A program made the translations under genes and the position numbers. From NCBI GenBank assembly GCA_965208325.1, contig OZ242326.1, forward strand, positions 4,096,001 to 4,160,000: 64,000 nucleotides of DNA, given 5' to 3'. This DNA is from Candidatus Poribacteria bacterium. GTDB taxonomy: Bacteria > Poribacteria > WGA-4E > PCPOR2b. How positions within the stretch are numbered: the first letter of the stretch is position 1; each line of letters opens with the position of its first letter. Positions 1 to 8,005 of the stretch are shown here, piece after piece. Below the pieces are notes generated by a model. That model did not search any database. It saw only the letters and a program-made list of their open reading frames with translations, and had not been told where the DNA came from.

Positions 1-559
1 AGCCCTATTGCTAGAATCGCACCTAATAAAAGAACATCAACCGCCATACAATACTACCCTAAAATTCAACCGTCCGTCTTGGTTTATTCGAATCAATCCC
101 AACGATTGTTTCCCCAAAGTAGACCTTGTATTAAAAATTGCTTCTGACGGCGCGAGGTATTGGGGGCCATTTTCTAGCCGCCGCTGGACGGAGGAAGCCA
201 TCCGAGTGTTGCACAAGATTTTCCCAATTCGGTCGTGCGAGGATGAAATTACGCCCCAACCTGCTTTTCGCCCTTGCTTTAGTTACCATGTAGGGCGTTG
301 CGGCGCCCCCTGCGCTGCGCGAGTCAGCCAGAATGCGTACCACGCGATGATTGAAAATGTTAGTCGTTTACTGGATGGAGAACACCAGGAGGTCGTCAAA
401 GAACTGACCAATCAACGCAATCGAGCTGTTGACGAATTGCGATTTGAACGGGCGAGTGCCATCCAGAATCGAATCGAACGCGTCCAAAAAGTTTTCGTAT
501 ACCTGAACGTACATCGAAATTATGCTAACACGAAAATAAAGGAGTTTCCTGGCAAATAG
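1..559 (+). CDS. UvrC/Cho-like GIY-YIG excinuclease, 3' part (truncated by window start)
   Basis: LESHLIKEHQPPYN (end of GIY-YIG domain), YWGPF, Cys cluster IRSC..PC..GRCGAPC, terminal UVR coil (ELRFERASAIQNRI); lacks the UvrC C-terminal half. Confidence 0.8.
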   Translation, partial: ALLLESHLIKEHQPPYNTTLKFNRPSWFIRINPNDCFPKVDLVLKIASDGARYWGPFSSRRWTEEAIRVLHKIFPIRSCEDEITPQPAFRPCFSYHVGRCGAPCAARVSQNAYHAMIENVSRLLDGEHQEVVKELTNQRNRAVDELRFERASAIQNRIERVQKVFVYLNVHRNYANTKIKEFPGK

Positions 560-581
560 CAATGAGATTCCGATTTAGTGG

Positions 582-813
582 CTAGGGCGTGTTGGCATTT
601 CATCACAACTGAACAATCATGGGGGCAGTGCGCAGCCCCAAGACGATTCGTAGGGGTTGGGTTACCCAACCCTCTATTCCCAAACATATCTGTATGGTTG
701 GCAGTCTCCTGCCAGCGGTTGATCTGTGGGCGAGGTGACCTGATCCCTCGCTATTCACTCGGTTGAGCCCCTACTGTTACGGAAGGATTCACACAAATGT
801 CAACACGCCCTAG
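582..813. mobile_element. MITE-like element, family A (19-bp TIR) enclosing REP hairpins
   Basis: CTAGGGCGTGTTGGCATTT (582-600) is the inverse of AAATGTCAACACGCCCTAG (795-813) with 1 mismatch; interior has GTAGGGGTTGGGTTACCCAACCC. Confidence 0.7.
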
Positions 814-900
814 TATTGTATCAGTTCAATTCGCGGCAAGAGTGGGTCGGAATTATGGAGTACGAATGATGCGCCGCGCAAATTTTTTTAGGAGGAAATA

Positions 901-1959
901 ATGACGCCGCTCTATTCCATATCGGTATGTGGCGGACTTGAAAAGATTGCGCTTGAAGAGATTCAAGCCCGATTTCATCGCACAGGCGGTTTGAAGGTCG
1001 TTGGGCGAGGACCGAAACGCATACTCTTTCGCTACTCTGGTGATGCGGAGCAATTGTTATCGCTTCGTGCCGCCGAAAATGTCTTCCTAATTATTAGAGT
1101 ATTTAGGGATATGACGCGATCCCGCCGCTCCTTAACAACGCTGAAAAAATCGTTTAAAAGGTTTGATTTTCGTCCGTATCTTGAGATTTGCCGAAACGCC
1201 GGAGTTCGATTTCGAAATCGGATTTCTTTTCGCGTAACTAGCCGGATGTCTACTCGCCATAATTTTCGGCGAATTGATTTACAGCGAGCTGTTGAGGAGG
1301 CTCTTGTAAGTTGCGGATGGTATCTGACTAATGAGAATCCCGCACTCGATGTATGGGTGGAAATTCACGGGGACGAAGCGCACGTGGCTATAAGGATTTC
1401 GCCGTTGCGTATGGCGCAAAGAGATTATAAGCAGGCTCATATCCCTACCTCTTTAAAACCAACGGTCGCTTACAGCCTCGTCCGTCTCTCGAATCCACAG
1501 CGCGACGATGTGTTCTTGGACGCAATGTGCGGCGCCGGAACTATCTTAATTGAACGAGCCTATTCCGGCCGATACCGCTATCTACTTGGCGGCGATGTCT
1601 TGCCCGAAGCGATTCGCGCGGCGCAGCAAAACATCAGCAGGAAGCATCGCCCGCGTCAACTCTTCTTATGGGATTCCCGATCCCTTCCACTGGCACAGTG
1701 GAGCGTCGATAAAGTTGTATGTAACCTGCCTTTTGGCGAACAGCGTAACGATGCCGATATAAGTAATCTGTATCGGCTGTTCCTCAACGAATGCGGGCGT
1801 GTCTTGAAACCGACCGGGCGGATGGTGCTCCTCACTACCCGGCAGTCAACACTTGAGTATCTGTTGAAGCAACGCGAATCTGTGTTTAAAATTAGGCAGA
1901 AATTTCGGATTAACCTGCTCGGGTTAAAACCTTGGGTCAATCTATGTTTGCCGTATTAA
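901..1959 (+). CDS. THUMP-domain RNA methyltransferase (TrmN/RlmL-like)
   Basis: THUMP-like N-terminal half; SLKPTVAYSL, FLDAMCGAGTILIE (motif I), VCNLPFG (motif IV); AGGAGG RBS. Confidence 0.85.
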   Translation: MTPLYSISVCGGLEKIALEEIQARFHRTGGLKVVGRGPKRILFRYSGDAEQLLSLRAAENVFLIIRVFRDMTRSRRSLTTLKKSFKRFDFRPYLEICRNAGVRFRNRISFRVTSRMSTRHNFRRIDLQRAVEEALVSCGWYLTNENPALDVWVEIHGDEAHVAIRISPLRMAQRDYKQAHIPTSLKPTVAYSLVRLSNPQRDDVFLDAMCGAGTILIERAYSGRYRYLLGGDVLPEAIRAAQQNISRKHRPRQLFLWDSRSLPLAQWSVDKVVCNLPFGEQRNDADISNLYRLFLNECGRVLKPTGRMVLLTTRQSTLEYLLKQRESVFKIRQKFRINLLGLKPWVNLCLPY

Positions 1960-2038
1960 TGATTGTGGTTTTTAGAGAATTCACATCGGGACTGTACCTG
2001 TTGTTACGAACAAATTTAGCATAGTAGCCCTTGCATCA

Positions 2039-2385
2039 AATGCCAGTTTGAATTATAGGTGGCAAAGCCATTCTTGGGCGTTTGAGTTGGTATAACCGGT
2101 GGAACTTTTATCGCGCGGGATTTACTATCGCCTTCGCTAATCGCTCACTTGATTCTACCAAATACCTTACTCCCGCATTGGGCGGGGCAAGATGCCCCGC
2201 CTACCGGGTGTGGTGGCGTACGCGGGGCAAGGAAAAACTCTGTCGCGCGGGATTTACTATCGCCTTCGCTATTCGCTCAGTTGATTCTATTCAGTCGGTT
2301 GTTCCCCGCCTACGGAGGGTAGTGGGATACCTTACACCTCCCGCCCCTTTGGGGCTGTATAAAATGAATTTTCAAACAGGTTCTA
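2039..2385 (+). mobile_element. MITE-like repeat, family B (right end TTTTCAAACAGGTTC)
   Basis: Homologous to 16703-16938, to the 145-bp array unit and (inverted) to 29495-29588; contains REP GCGGGGCAAGATGCCCCGCCTAC. Confidence 0.65.
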
Positions 2386-2477
2386 AAGCAGCGTGCAATC
2401 GGATAAGGCATTTGATTGACAATGGAAATTGGTGATTTTCCGTAACTAGCACTTGCGGTCAAGGTGAGAATCGCGCA

Positions 2478-4895
2478 ATGAAAGTCCAACGGGATCTTAC
2501 GACGGTTTTCTATATTTTTTCGTCCGGAATATATCTAATCATTGGGGCGCGGAGTTTTGCTAGAGCGCCTGATACGCTTGAGACCAGCTTCTTTTACCTG
2601 CTTGGATTAGTAACGTGGCTGCTTGCCACGCTTGTGTGGACGCAACAGACAGACAACCGTGCAGCGCGCATTTCCTATCTAATGAGTATCGGTTTCATGA
2701 GCATCTGCTCGATTGATGCTTCGTTCTCGATTGACGAAAGGACGTTGAGCAGCCGAGTATTACCGATTTTCCAGTTTTTGTCGGCAACCATCTTACCTTG
2801 CCTTTTTCTTCACTGCTTCCTAATCTTTCCCGTAGAGAAGAGAATTATTCAACGCCGCGAATGGTTGTTAAAGTTGTTATATGCTCCTGGAATCGTATTG
2901 TTTTCTACAATGTCGTTCCTTTACTTAACTGGATATGACTATTCTCGCGAGTTTTTCCTCGTACATTATTTACAATTTCCATTGCTGGAATTTGCCATTA
3001 GCGGGTTTCTCTGTACCTATTCAGTTATGGGACAATTGCTTCTATTACATTCAAGTTTCGCAGCCCATTCGTCCTCACAACGCCGTCAGGCACGATGGCT
3101 GCTGCTGGGGATAACTGCCGGAACACTGCCGCAGGCGGTTTTAACGACGATACCGAGGGTCTGGGATGTTTCTATACCGTATGTTCACCTTTCAGCATAC
3201 GCGCTATGTTTCATCCCTATTTGCTATGTTGTTGCCATTGTTCGTCATCGATTGATGAATATCGAGTTAATTATCAATCGCAGCGTGGTGTACGCCCTTG
3301 TTAGTGGATTTGCGTTGGGGATGTATTTGCTAAGCATTCACGGATTAGCGAGGTTTTTCCACACGGAAGAACGCTCGTGGGCGGTGACGGCTGTATCAAT
3401 ATTTATCGCCGCTGTGCTTTTTGCCCCTGCAAAGACACGGATACAAAATCTGATTGATCGGGCGTTTAATCGAGAAGCTTACAATTACCGTCAAACACTA
3501 TTGGCATTAAGCCAAACTCTTCACTCAATCCTCGACTTGGAAATCCTCGTTGATACCCTGCTTCGCCAAGTAACTGAATCGATGCATATCAGTCGAGGTG
3601 TCGTGATGTATCGCGTTTCGACAGCCGATCCAACGTTTGTTACAGAGGCAACCGTTGGCATGGATTCCATCCAAGATAGAATACAAGTTATGTTATCGCC
3701 ATCGTTAGTAGACCTTTTGAATGAAGCCGATAAGCCGCTAGATTTTTCCAATCAACCGCTGGCTCCGAATAGCATTAAATTACTAGAGGCTGAGGTACTT
3801 TCACAGGATGCGGAAGGTTTCAATAACTTTCTTCGATCGGCAATATGGATTCCCTTTGTGACGCGAACGAAAGAACAAGAAAACCTAGTCGGATTATTGG
3901 TGCTTGGACAGAAGTTGTCTGAGGAACCGTATACACAGACCGATCTTGCACTACTCGGAACGCTTGCACACCAAGGTGCTACGGCAATTGAAAATGCAAC
4001 GCTTTACGCGCAATTAAGTGCACGAACGAAGGCAATGGAAAATGCGCGGCAGCAGCTGATGGCGACTTATCTGGACACGTATGGCGGGACAATTCCGAAA
4101 CCTTCAAGCGAGGTGAAATTCCAGCCTAATGAGGGGGACGGCAGTTTGGTCTCAGAATTCGACAATATTGCCGCCGCACTCAAGGATAGCCATGATAAAC
4201 TAAAACAGTTAGACGGCCTTAAATCTCAGTTCTTGGATAACGTGTCACATGAGCTGCGAACACCGTTGACGCATATCAAAGGGTTCGTGGACAATTTGCT
4301 CGACGGCGTCGGGGGAGAACTTGCGGAGAGGCAGAGGAGATACTTGTTTCGCGTGAAGGACAATTGCGACCGGCTTATTCGATTAATCAACAATCTTCTA
4401 GATCTTTCACGAACAGAATCCGGCAAAATTTCATTACAGCTTCAACAGAGGTTGCTTTTCCCAATTCTCGAAGAAACAGTTGCTGGAATTCAGCCTCTAC
4501 TTGATAAAAAAGGAATTCACATTGAATTGAACTGTGAGAAAACCCTTACCGCATTGGTAGACGCAGACAAGATTAGGCAGATTATGACAGATTTATTGGA
4601 TAACGCCCACAAATATACTGAAAGGGGAGGGTATGTTAGAGTAGTGGTCACCGCTGTTTCGGATCGGGAGGTACAGATTTGCGTCGAGGACAGCGGTATA
4701 GGTATTGCCGAATCAGACCTCGATTTCATTTTTGACCGCTTCCACCGCGCGGCAGGACCGAAAAGTAACAACACCAGCGGAATCGGCTTAGGGTTACCTA
4801 TTGTAAAAAATCTCGTTGAGTTACACGGTGGGGATGTCAAGGTTGAAAGCGAATTGGGTAAGGGCAGCCGTTTTTATATTAAACTAAATCGCTAG
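2478..4895 (+). CDS. Membrane sensor histidine kinase (multi-TM + GAF + HisKA + HATPase)
   Basis: About 10 hydrophobic segments, GAF-like middle region, H-box VSHELRTPL, N-box DLLDNAHKYT, G-boxes DSGIGI and GIGLGLPIV. Confidence 0.92.
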   Translation: MKVQRDLTTVFYIFSSGIYLIIGARSFARAPDTLETSFFYLLGLVTWLLATLVWTQQTDNRAARISYLMSIGFMSICSIDASFSIDERTLSSRVLPIFQFLSATILPCLFLHCFLIFPVEKRIIQRREWLLKLLYAPGIVLFSTMSFLYLTGYDYSREFFLVHYLQFPLLEFAISGFLCTYSVMGQLLLLHSSFAAHSSSQRRQARWLLLGITAGTLPQAVLTTIPRVWDVSIPYVHLSAYALCFIPICYVVAIVRHRLMNIELIINRSVVYALVSGFALGMYLLSIHGLARFFHTEERSWAVTAVSIFIAAVLFAPAKTRIQNLIDRAFNREAYNYRQTLLALSQTLHSILDLEILVDTLLRQVTESMHISRGVVMYRVSTADPTFVTEATVGMDSIQDRIQVMLSPSLVDLLNEADKPLDFSNQPLAPNSIKLLEAEVLSQDAEGFNNFLRSAIWIPFVTRTKEQENLVGLLVLGQKLSEEPYTQTDLALLGTLAHQGATAIENATLYAQLSARTKAMENARQQLMATYLDTYGGTIPKPSSEVKFQPNEGDGSLVSEFDNIAAALKDSHDKLKQLDGLKSQFLDNVSHELRTPLTHIKGFVDNLLDGVGGELAERQRRYLFRVKDNCDRLIRLINNLLDLSRTESGKISLQLQQRLLFPILEETVAGIQPLLDKKGIHIELNCEKTLTALVDADKIRQIMTDLLDNAHKYTERGGYVRVVVTAVSDREVQICVEDSGIGIAESDLDFIFDRFHRAAGPKSNNTSGIGLGLPIVKNLVELHGGDVKVESELGKGSRFYIKLNR

Positions 4896-4922
4896 ATTTT
4901 CGCTTAGAACGGTGGTAAAACC

Positions 4923-5264
4923 ATGAATCTGTTCGCCTACGGCACTTTAAAAGATCGCGAGTTTATCCAGACGCTTCTAAATCGTTTCCATCATGAGCCA
5001 TCAAAAGCCATTTTACCAGGGTTTACAACTGTTATTTCAAAGTCGGGATATCCTGTCATGGTAACGGCTGACGGATGTAGCGTTGACGGAATTGTCTGGC
5101 GTAATTTGACGGAAAAGGATTTTGAAATCATGGACAGGTATGAGGGGTGTAATACGCAAACACCAGTATATCAGCGTGAAAAGCGGAAGGCTGTCGTTGA
5201 GGGGCGGGAAGAGGAAATTTGGGCGTATTTCGCGACACCGGCGTTTTTAATTCAGACGCGTTAA
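4923..5264 (+). CDS. Gamma-glutamylcyclotransferase (GGACT/AIG2-like) family protein
   Basis: N-terminal LFAYGTLK, YPVM, MDRYEG motifs. Confidence 0.85.
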   Translation: MNLFAYGTLKDREFIQTLLNRFHHEPSKAILPGFTTVISKSGYPVMVTADGCSVDGIVWRNLTEKDFEIMDRYEGCNTQTPVYQREKRKAVVEGREEEIWAYFATPAFLIQTR

Positions 5265-5360
5265 GCGGACGATTAACGAAACTCTTGAACTTGGCCCGCA
5301 ATTGCGGTTGATGTGTACCATTTTACGGTTTCATGAAGTATTTGAAACACTATAACCAAT

Positions 5361-5394
5361 AAAAAAAGGCAGCTAGCATTAGCTGCCTTTTTTT
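5361..5394. terminator. Bidirectional intrinsic terminator
   Basis: AAAAAAAGGCAGCTAGCATTAGCTGCCTTTTTTT between convergent genes. Confidence 0.85.
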
Positions 5395-5424
5395 GTTTTA
5401 GGGTTTGAAGAAAATTGTCCGATT

Positions 5425-6903
5425 CTACTCAACCATGCCAATCTTTGCGGCTTCTGGCGCCCGTGTCGGCAAATTCTGCTTAGCCAGCTGATCTTCCGGG
5501 ATATAGTTGGAGTAATCAGAAATTTTACCGTGGGTCAATGAGTAAACGACGACATTGGTCATAAACCGATATACGCCGGGAGAATAGTGCACTGACCGTG
5601 TCGGCAGGCTTACCGCCTCCATCGCGCACATGTAATCACGGCGAACCAGCAGCACCGAAAGTTTCTCGCCAACGGAGATTCCTTCAAGGAAATTACGTTT
5701 TGGTGCTTTGGTGCCGAACCAGAAGATATCGAACCCAACGGGCGGCCCGCCCATCTCGTAGAAGTTGTTATAAACTTCGTGATCGTTGGGAATCCGCTCT
5801 ATTTGATATTCTGGCATCACATAACGCATTTGCGCGAGGAATATGCGGACCATCGCCTGGCCAGCGGCGTTAACGCCGCAATCGTCAAAGACGAGGACTC
5901 CGCCCCTATCCACAAGGTACCTTCGCAACCCAGCCGCTTCCGGTTCAGTAAATCTGCTGTTCAACGTCGCGCCAAAACCGCCCTTCTGAGCGAGTCCGTG
6001 CGACCGAACCACCGCGGGGTCATGCCCAGTCATGAATGCCATTGGAGTCTTTTGCAGATTGGCGTCCGTTAATTTCAGCGCGCCGCCTTCAACATTCATG
6101 TCCGCCTTAATTTTCGTCCGCTCATTGAGCCATTTGGTCAGCGCATTCAGCGATGACGCATCTGCCCACCAATCAGAGAGGGTATGTCGGATCCGGGTAA
6201 AGCGGAAGACTCCCTGAATGTCGCGCCCTTTACCAATGACTCGACCGCCAGGCTCACCTCGCGGCAGGGGCGGAACATCTACATTGCCGAGCGTGATGCT
6301 TTCAACTACATCGCCTAGCGCATCACGCGCAGCACCAACCTGCTCCACCATTGTCAGACCCGGTGGACGTTCAAATGCAACCTTCACCTGCACAATCCCG
6401 CCGGCAATCCCGCGTCCAATATTCGACGGGCCGGCACTTGGTGCAGACGCAACAGGTCCTGAAAACGCCAATGCGCCCGGCGCATCTGATACCGGCAAAT
6501 CGGCATGCGTTGTTATTTGCGGAACCGGCGCATTCGGGTTAACGACTTTGGGAACGTTGGGATTGATGGGTTGGTCTAGTTTGACGACTTTATTCGAAAA
6601 TTCGAGCACGGTTTGGGGCTCGATAGTAGACGTACGAACGACCGCAGCGGTTGTGACTCTGGGTTGAACCTGAACCTGTTCAACGACAACGGTGTTATCC
6701 GTTGGAATAGTCGGTTTAATCTGTTTAATAACCGGCTTACGTACTTGGGGTTTTGGCGGCTCAGGCGGTTCAAGCACTTGTGCACCGACTAAGTCTTTGA
6801 ATTGCGGGGTTTGTGTGACGAGATAAACACCTAGAATCAGCACAGCGACGCCGTGAAGAATCAACGATGTCATCAAGGCACCTGATGTTTTCTTAGCACT
6901 CAT
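5425..6903 (-). CDS. Membrane-anchored protein with Pro-rich linker and C-terminal DUF4159-like domain
   Basis: ATG 6903 with GGAGG RBS; TM segment SLILHG..; Pro-rich linker; MTGHD, LRRYLVDRGGVLVFDDC, IPNDHEVYN, TNVVVYSLTH typical of DUF4159. Confidence 0.75.
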   Translation of the reverse strand: MSAKKTSGALMTSLILHGVAVLILGVYLVTQTPQFKDLVGAQVLEPPEPPKPQVRKPVIKQIKPTIPTDNTVVVEQVQVQPRVTTAAVVRTSTIEPQTVLEFSNKVVKLDQPINPNVPKVVNPNAPVPQITTHADLPVSDAPGALAFSGPVASAPSAGPSNIGRGIAGGIVQVKVAFERPPGLTMVEQVGAARDALGDVVESITLGNVDVPPLPRGEPGGRVIGKGRDIQGVFRFTRIRHTLSDWWADASSLNALTKWLNERTKIKADMNVEGGALKLTDANLQKTPMAFMTGHDPAVVRSHGLAQKGGFGATLNSRFTEPEAAGLRRYLVDRGGVLVFDDCGVNAAGQAMVRIFLAQMRYVMPEYQIERIPNDHEVYNNFYEMGGPPVGFDIFWFGTKAPKRNFLEGISVGEKLSVLLVRRDYMCAMEAVSLPTRSVHYSPGVYRFMTNVVVYSLTHGKISDYSNYIPEDQLAKQNLPTRAPEAAKIGMVE

Positions 6904-6946
6904 TTTTTCCTCCAAATTAAGTTTTTACTGAAACTGTGTTATCAGT

Positions 6947-7209
6947 TGGAATCGACTTAAACTTACTCGACGACAAAGTTATTGTCACTTGGGGTTGTTG
7001 GTTTGATCTGTTTGACCGGTGACGGGCTTACGTACTTGCGGCTCTGGCGGCTCCGGGGGTTCAAGTATTTGGGCACCGACTACATCATTGGAATTCGGGG
7101 TTTGTGTGACGCGATGAACACCTAGCATCAGTAGTTGGACAAGAATAAACGCTAGAATAAGCGCCGCGGTTATGCAAAGAATCAAAGACAAAGCACGTGA
7201 AAGTTTCAC
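6947..7209 (-). pseudogene. Decayed partial duplicate of the 5' end of the DUF4159 gene
   Basis: VTQTP..VGAQILEPPEPPEPQVRKPV matches the neighbour; after a 4-nt insertion the homology continues in another frame as KQIKPTTPSDNNFVVE*V*V. Confidence 0.75.
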
Positions 7210-7336
7210 GACATTCGTAATTTTTTTAAAAATTCATAGCGCCGCAATGTTTAATACCCAAACCTATCGAAAAACTCCACGGCGCAATTCTACAATCATC
7301 TACCATGTTACACGGAGTAATTCAAGTTAAACAGAG

Positions 7337-7352
7337 AGCAATTTATATGCCA
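7337..7352 (-). promoter_or_regulatory. Sigma54 -24/-12 promoter
   Basis: Minus strand TGGCATATAAATTGCT (GG-N10-GC). Confidence 0.7.
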
Positions 7353-7552
7353 TAGTTCAATTATTCCGTAGATAATGATACTTAAACTTACGCGTATGTC
7401 GCAATTTCGCCGCGAACGTTAGAACGCGTTTGTTGTCGGTTGTACTTCACGACTATGTTTCAATTGCGTGAGTACTAGTTTTCCTGCTTCCCACGCGGCT
7501 GCAAAAAAAATCGTGAATTCATGGAACGAACTACGGTTGCTCCAAGATATTA

Positions 7553-7619
7553 TGCATTTCTTTGTGCAGGTTTGCACAAAACGGTTCAATCTCATCATCA
7601 AATTGCACCAAATGGTGCA
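7553..7619. promoter_or_regulatory. Tandem TGCA-N8-TGCA enhancer sites (putative bEBP binding)
   Basis: TGCATTTCTTTGTGCA (7553), TGCACAAAACGGTTCA (7573), TGCACCAAATGGTGCA (7604). Confidence 0.6.
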
Positions 7620-7753
7620 ATTTGGGTTTAATATAAGGGAATTTAACCAGATATGGTAGTCGAATTACTACACCACAAAAAAAATTAGCCGATTACTTTT
7701 TCGAAACCGGACTGTGGATTGCTACGGTCAATGCGTCGAAATTATGAACATAC

Positions 7754-7957
7754 TTAGGTCGTGTTGACATTTTGATTTTGCTAATGCAACATACGACCGT
7801 GTAATTCCCCAAAAACCCAAGTCGGGGCGATGTCTGACGTATAAGGGCAACCACAAGGGTTGCCCCTACAAGGATTATGTAGGGGCAGGTCTTATGCCTG
7901 CCCAAAAACTCGCGGAATGGAAATGGATTCAAATTGCCAAATGTCAACAGAACCTAA
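7754..7957. mobile_element. MITE-like element, family A, with REP doublet
   Basis: TTAGGTCGTGTTGACATTT ... AAATGTCAACAGAACCTAA; interior GGGCAACCACAAGGGTTGCCCCTAC and GTAGGGGCAGGTCTTATGCCTGCCC. Confidence 0.7.
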
Positions 7958-8005
7958 TCTCCACGTCTGGGGCGATTACTAAGACGAGCGTTGTGAATGC
8001 CTACA

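Noticed and set aside
2082..2435. ORFs within repeats and RNA genes (also 16712, 12523, 30044, 31048, 31628)
   Set aside because: They are translations of REP/MITE or tRNA sequence with no protein-family signal.
6893..6901. CIRCE half-site TTAGCACTC
   Set aside because: No second arm, and it lies within coding sequence far from groESL.
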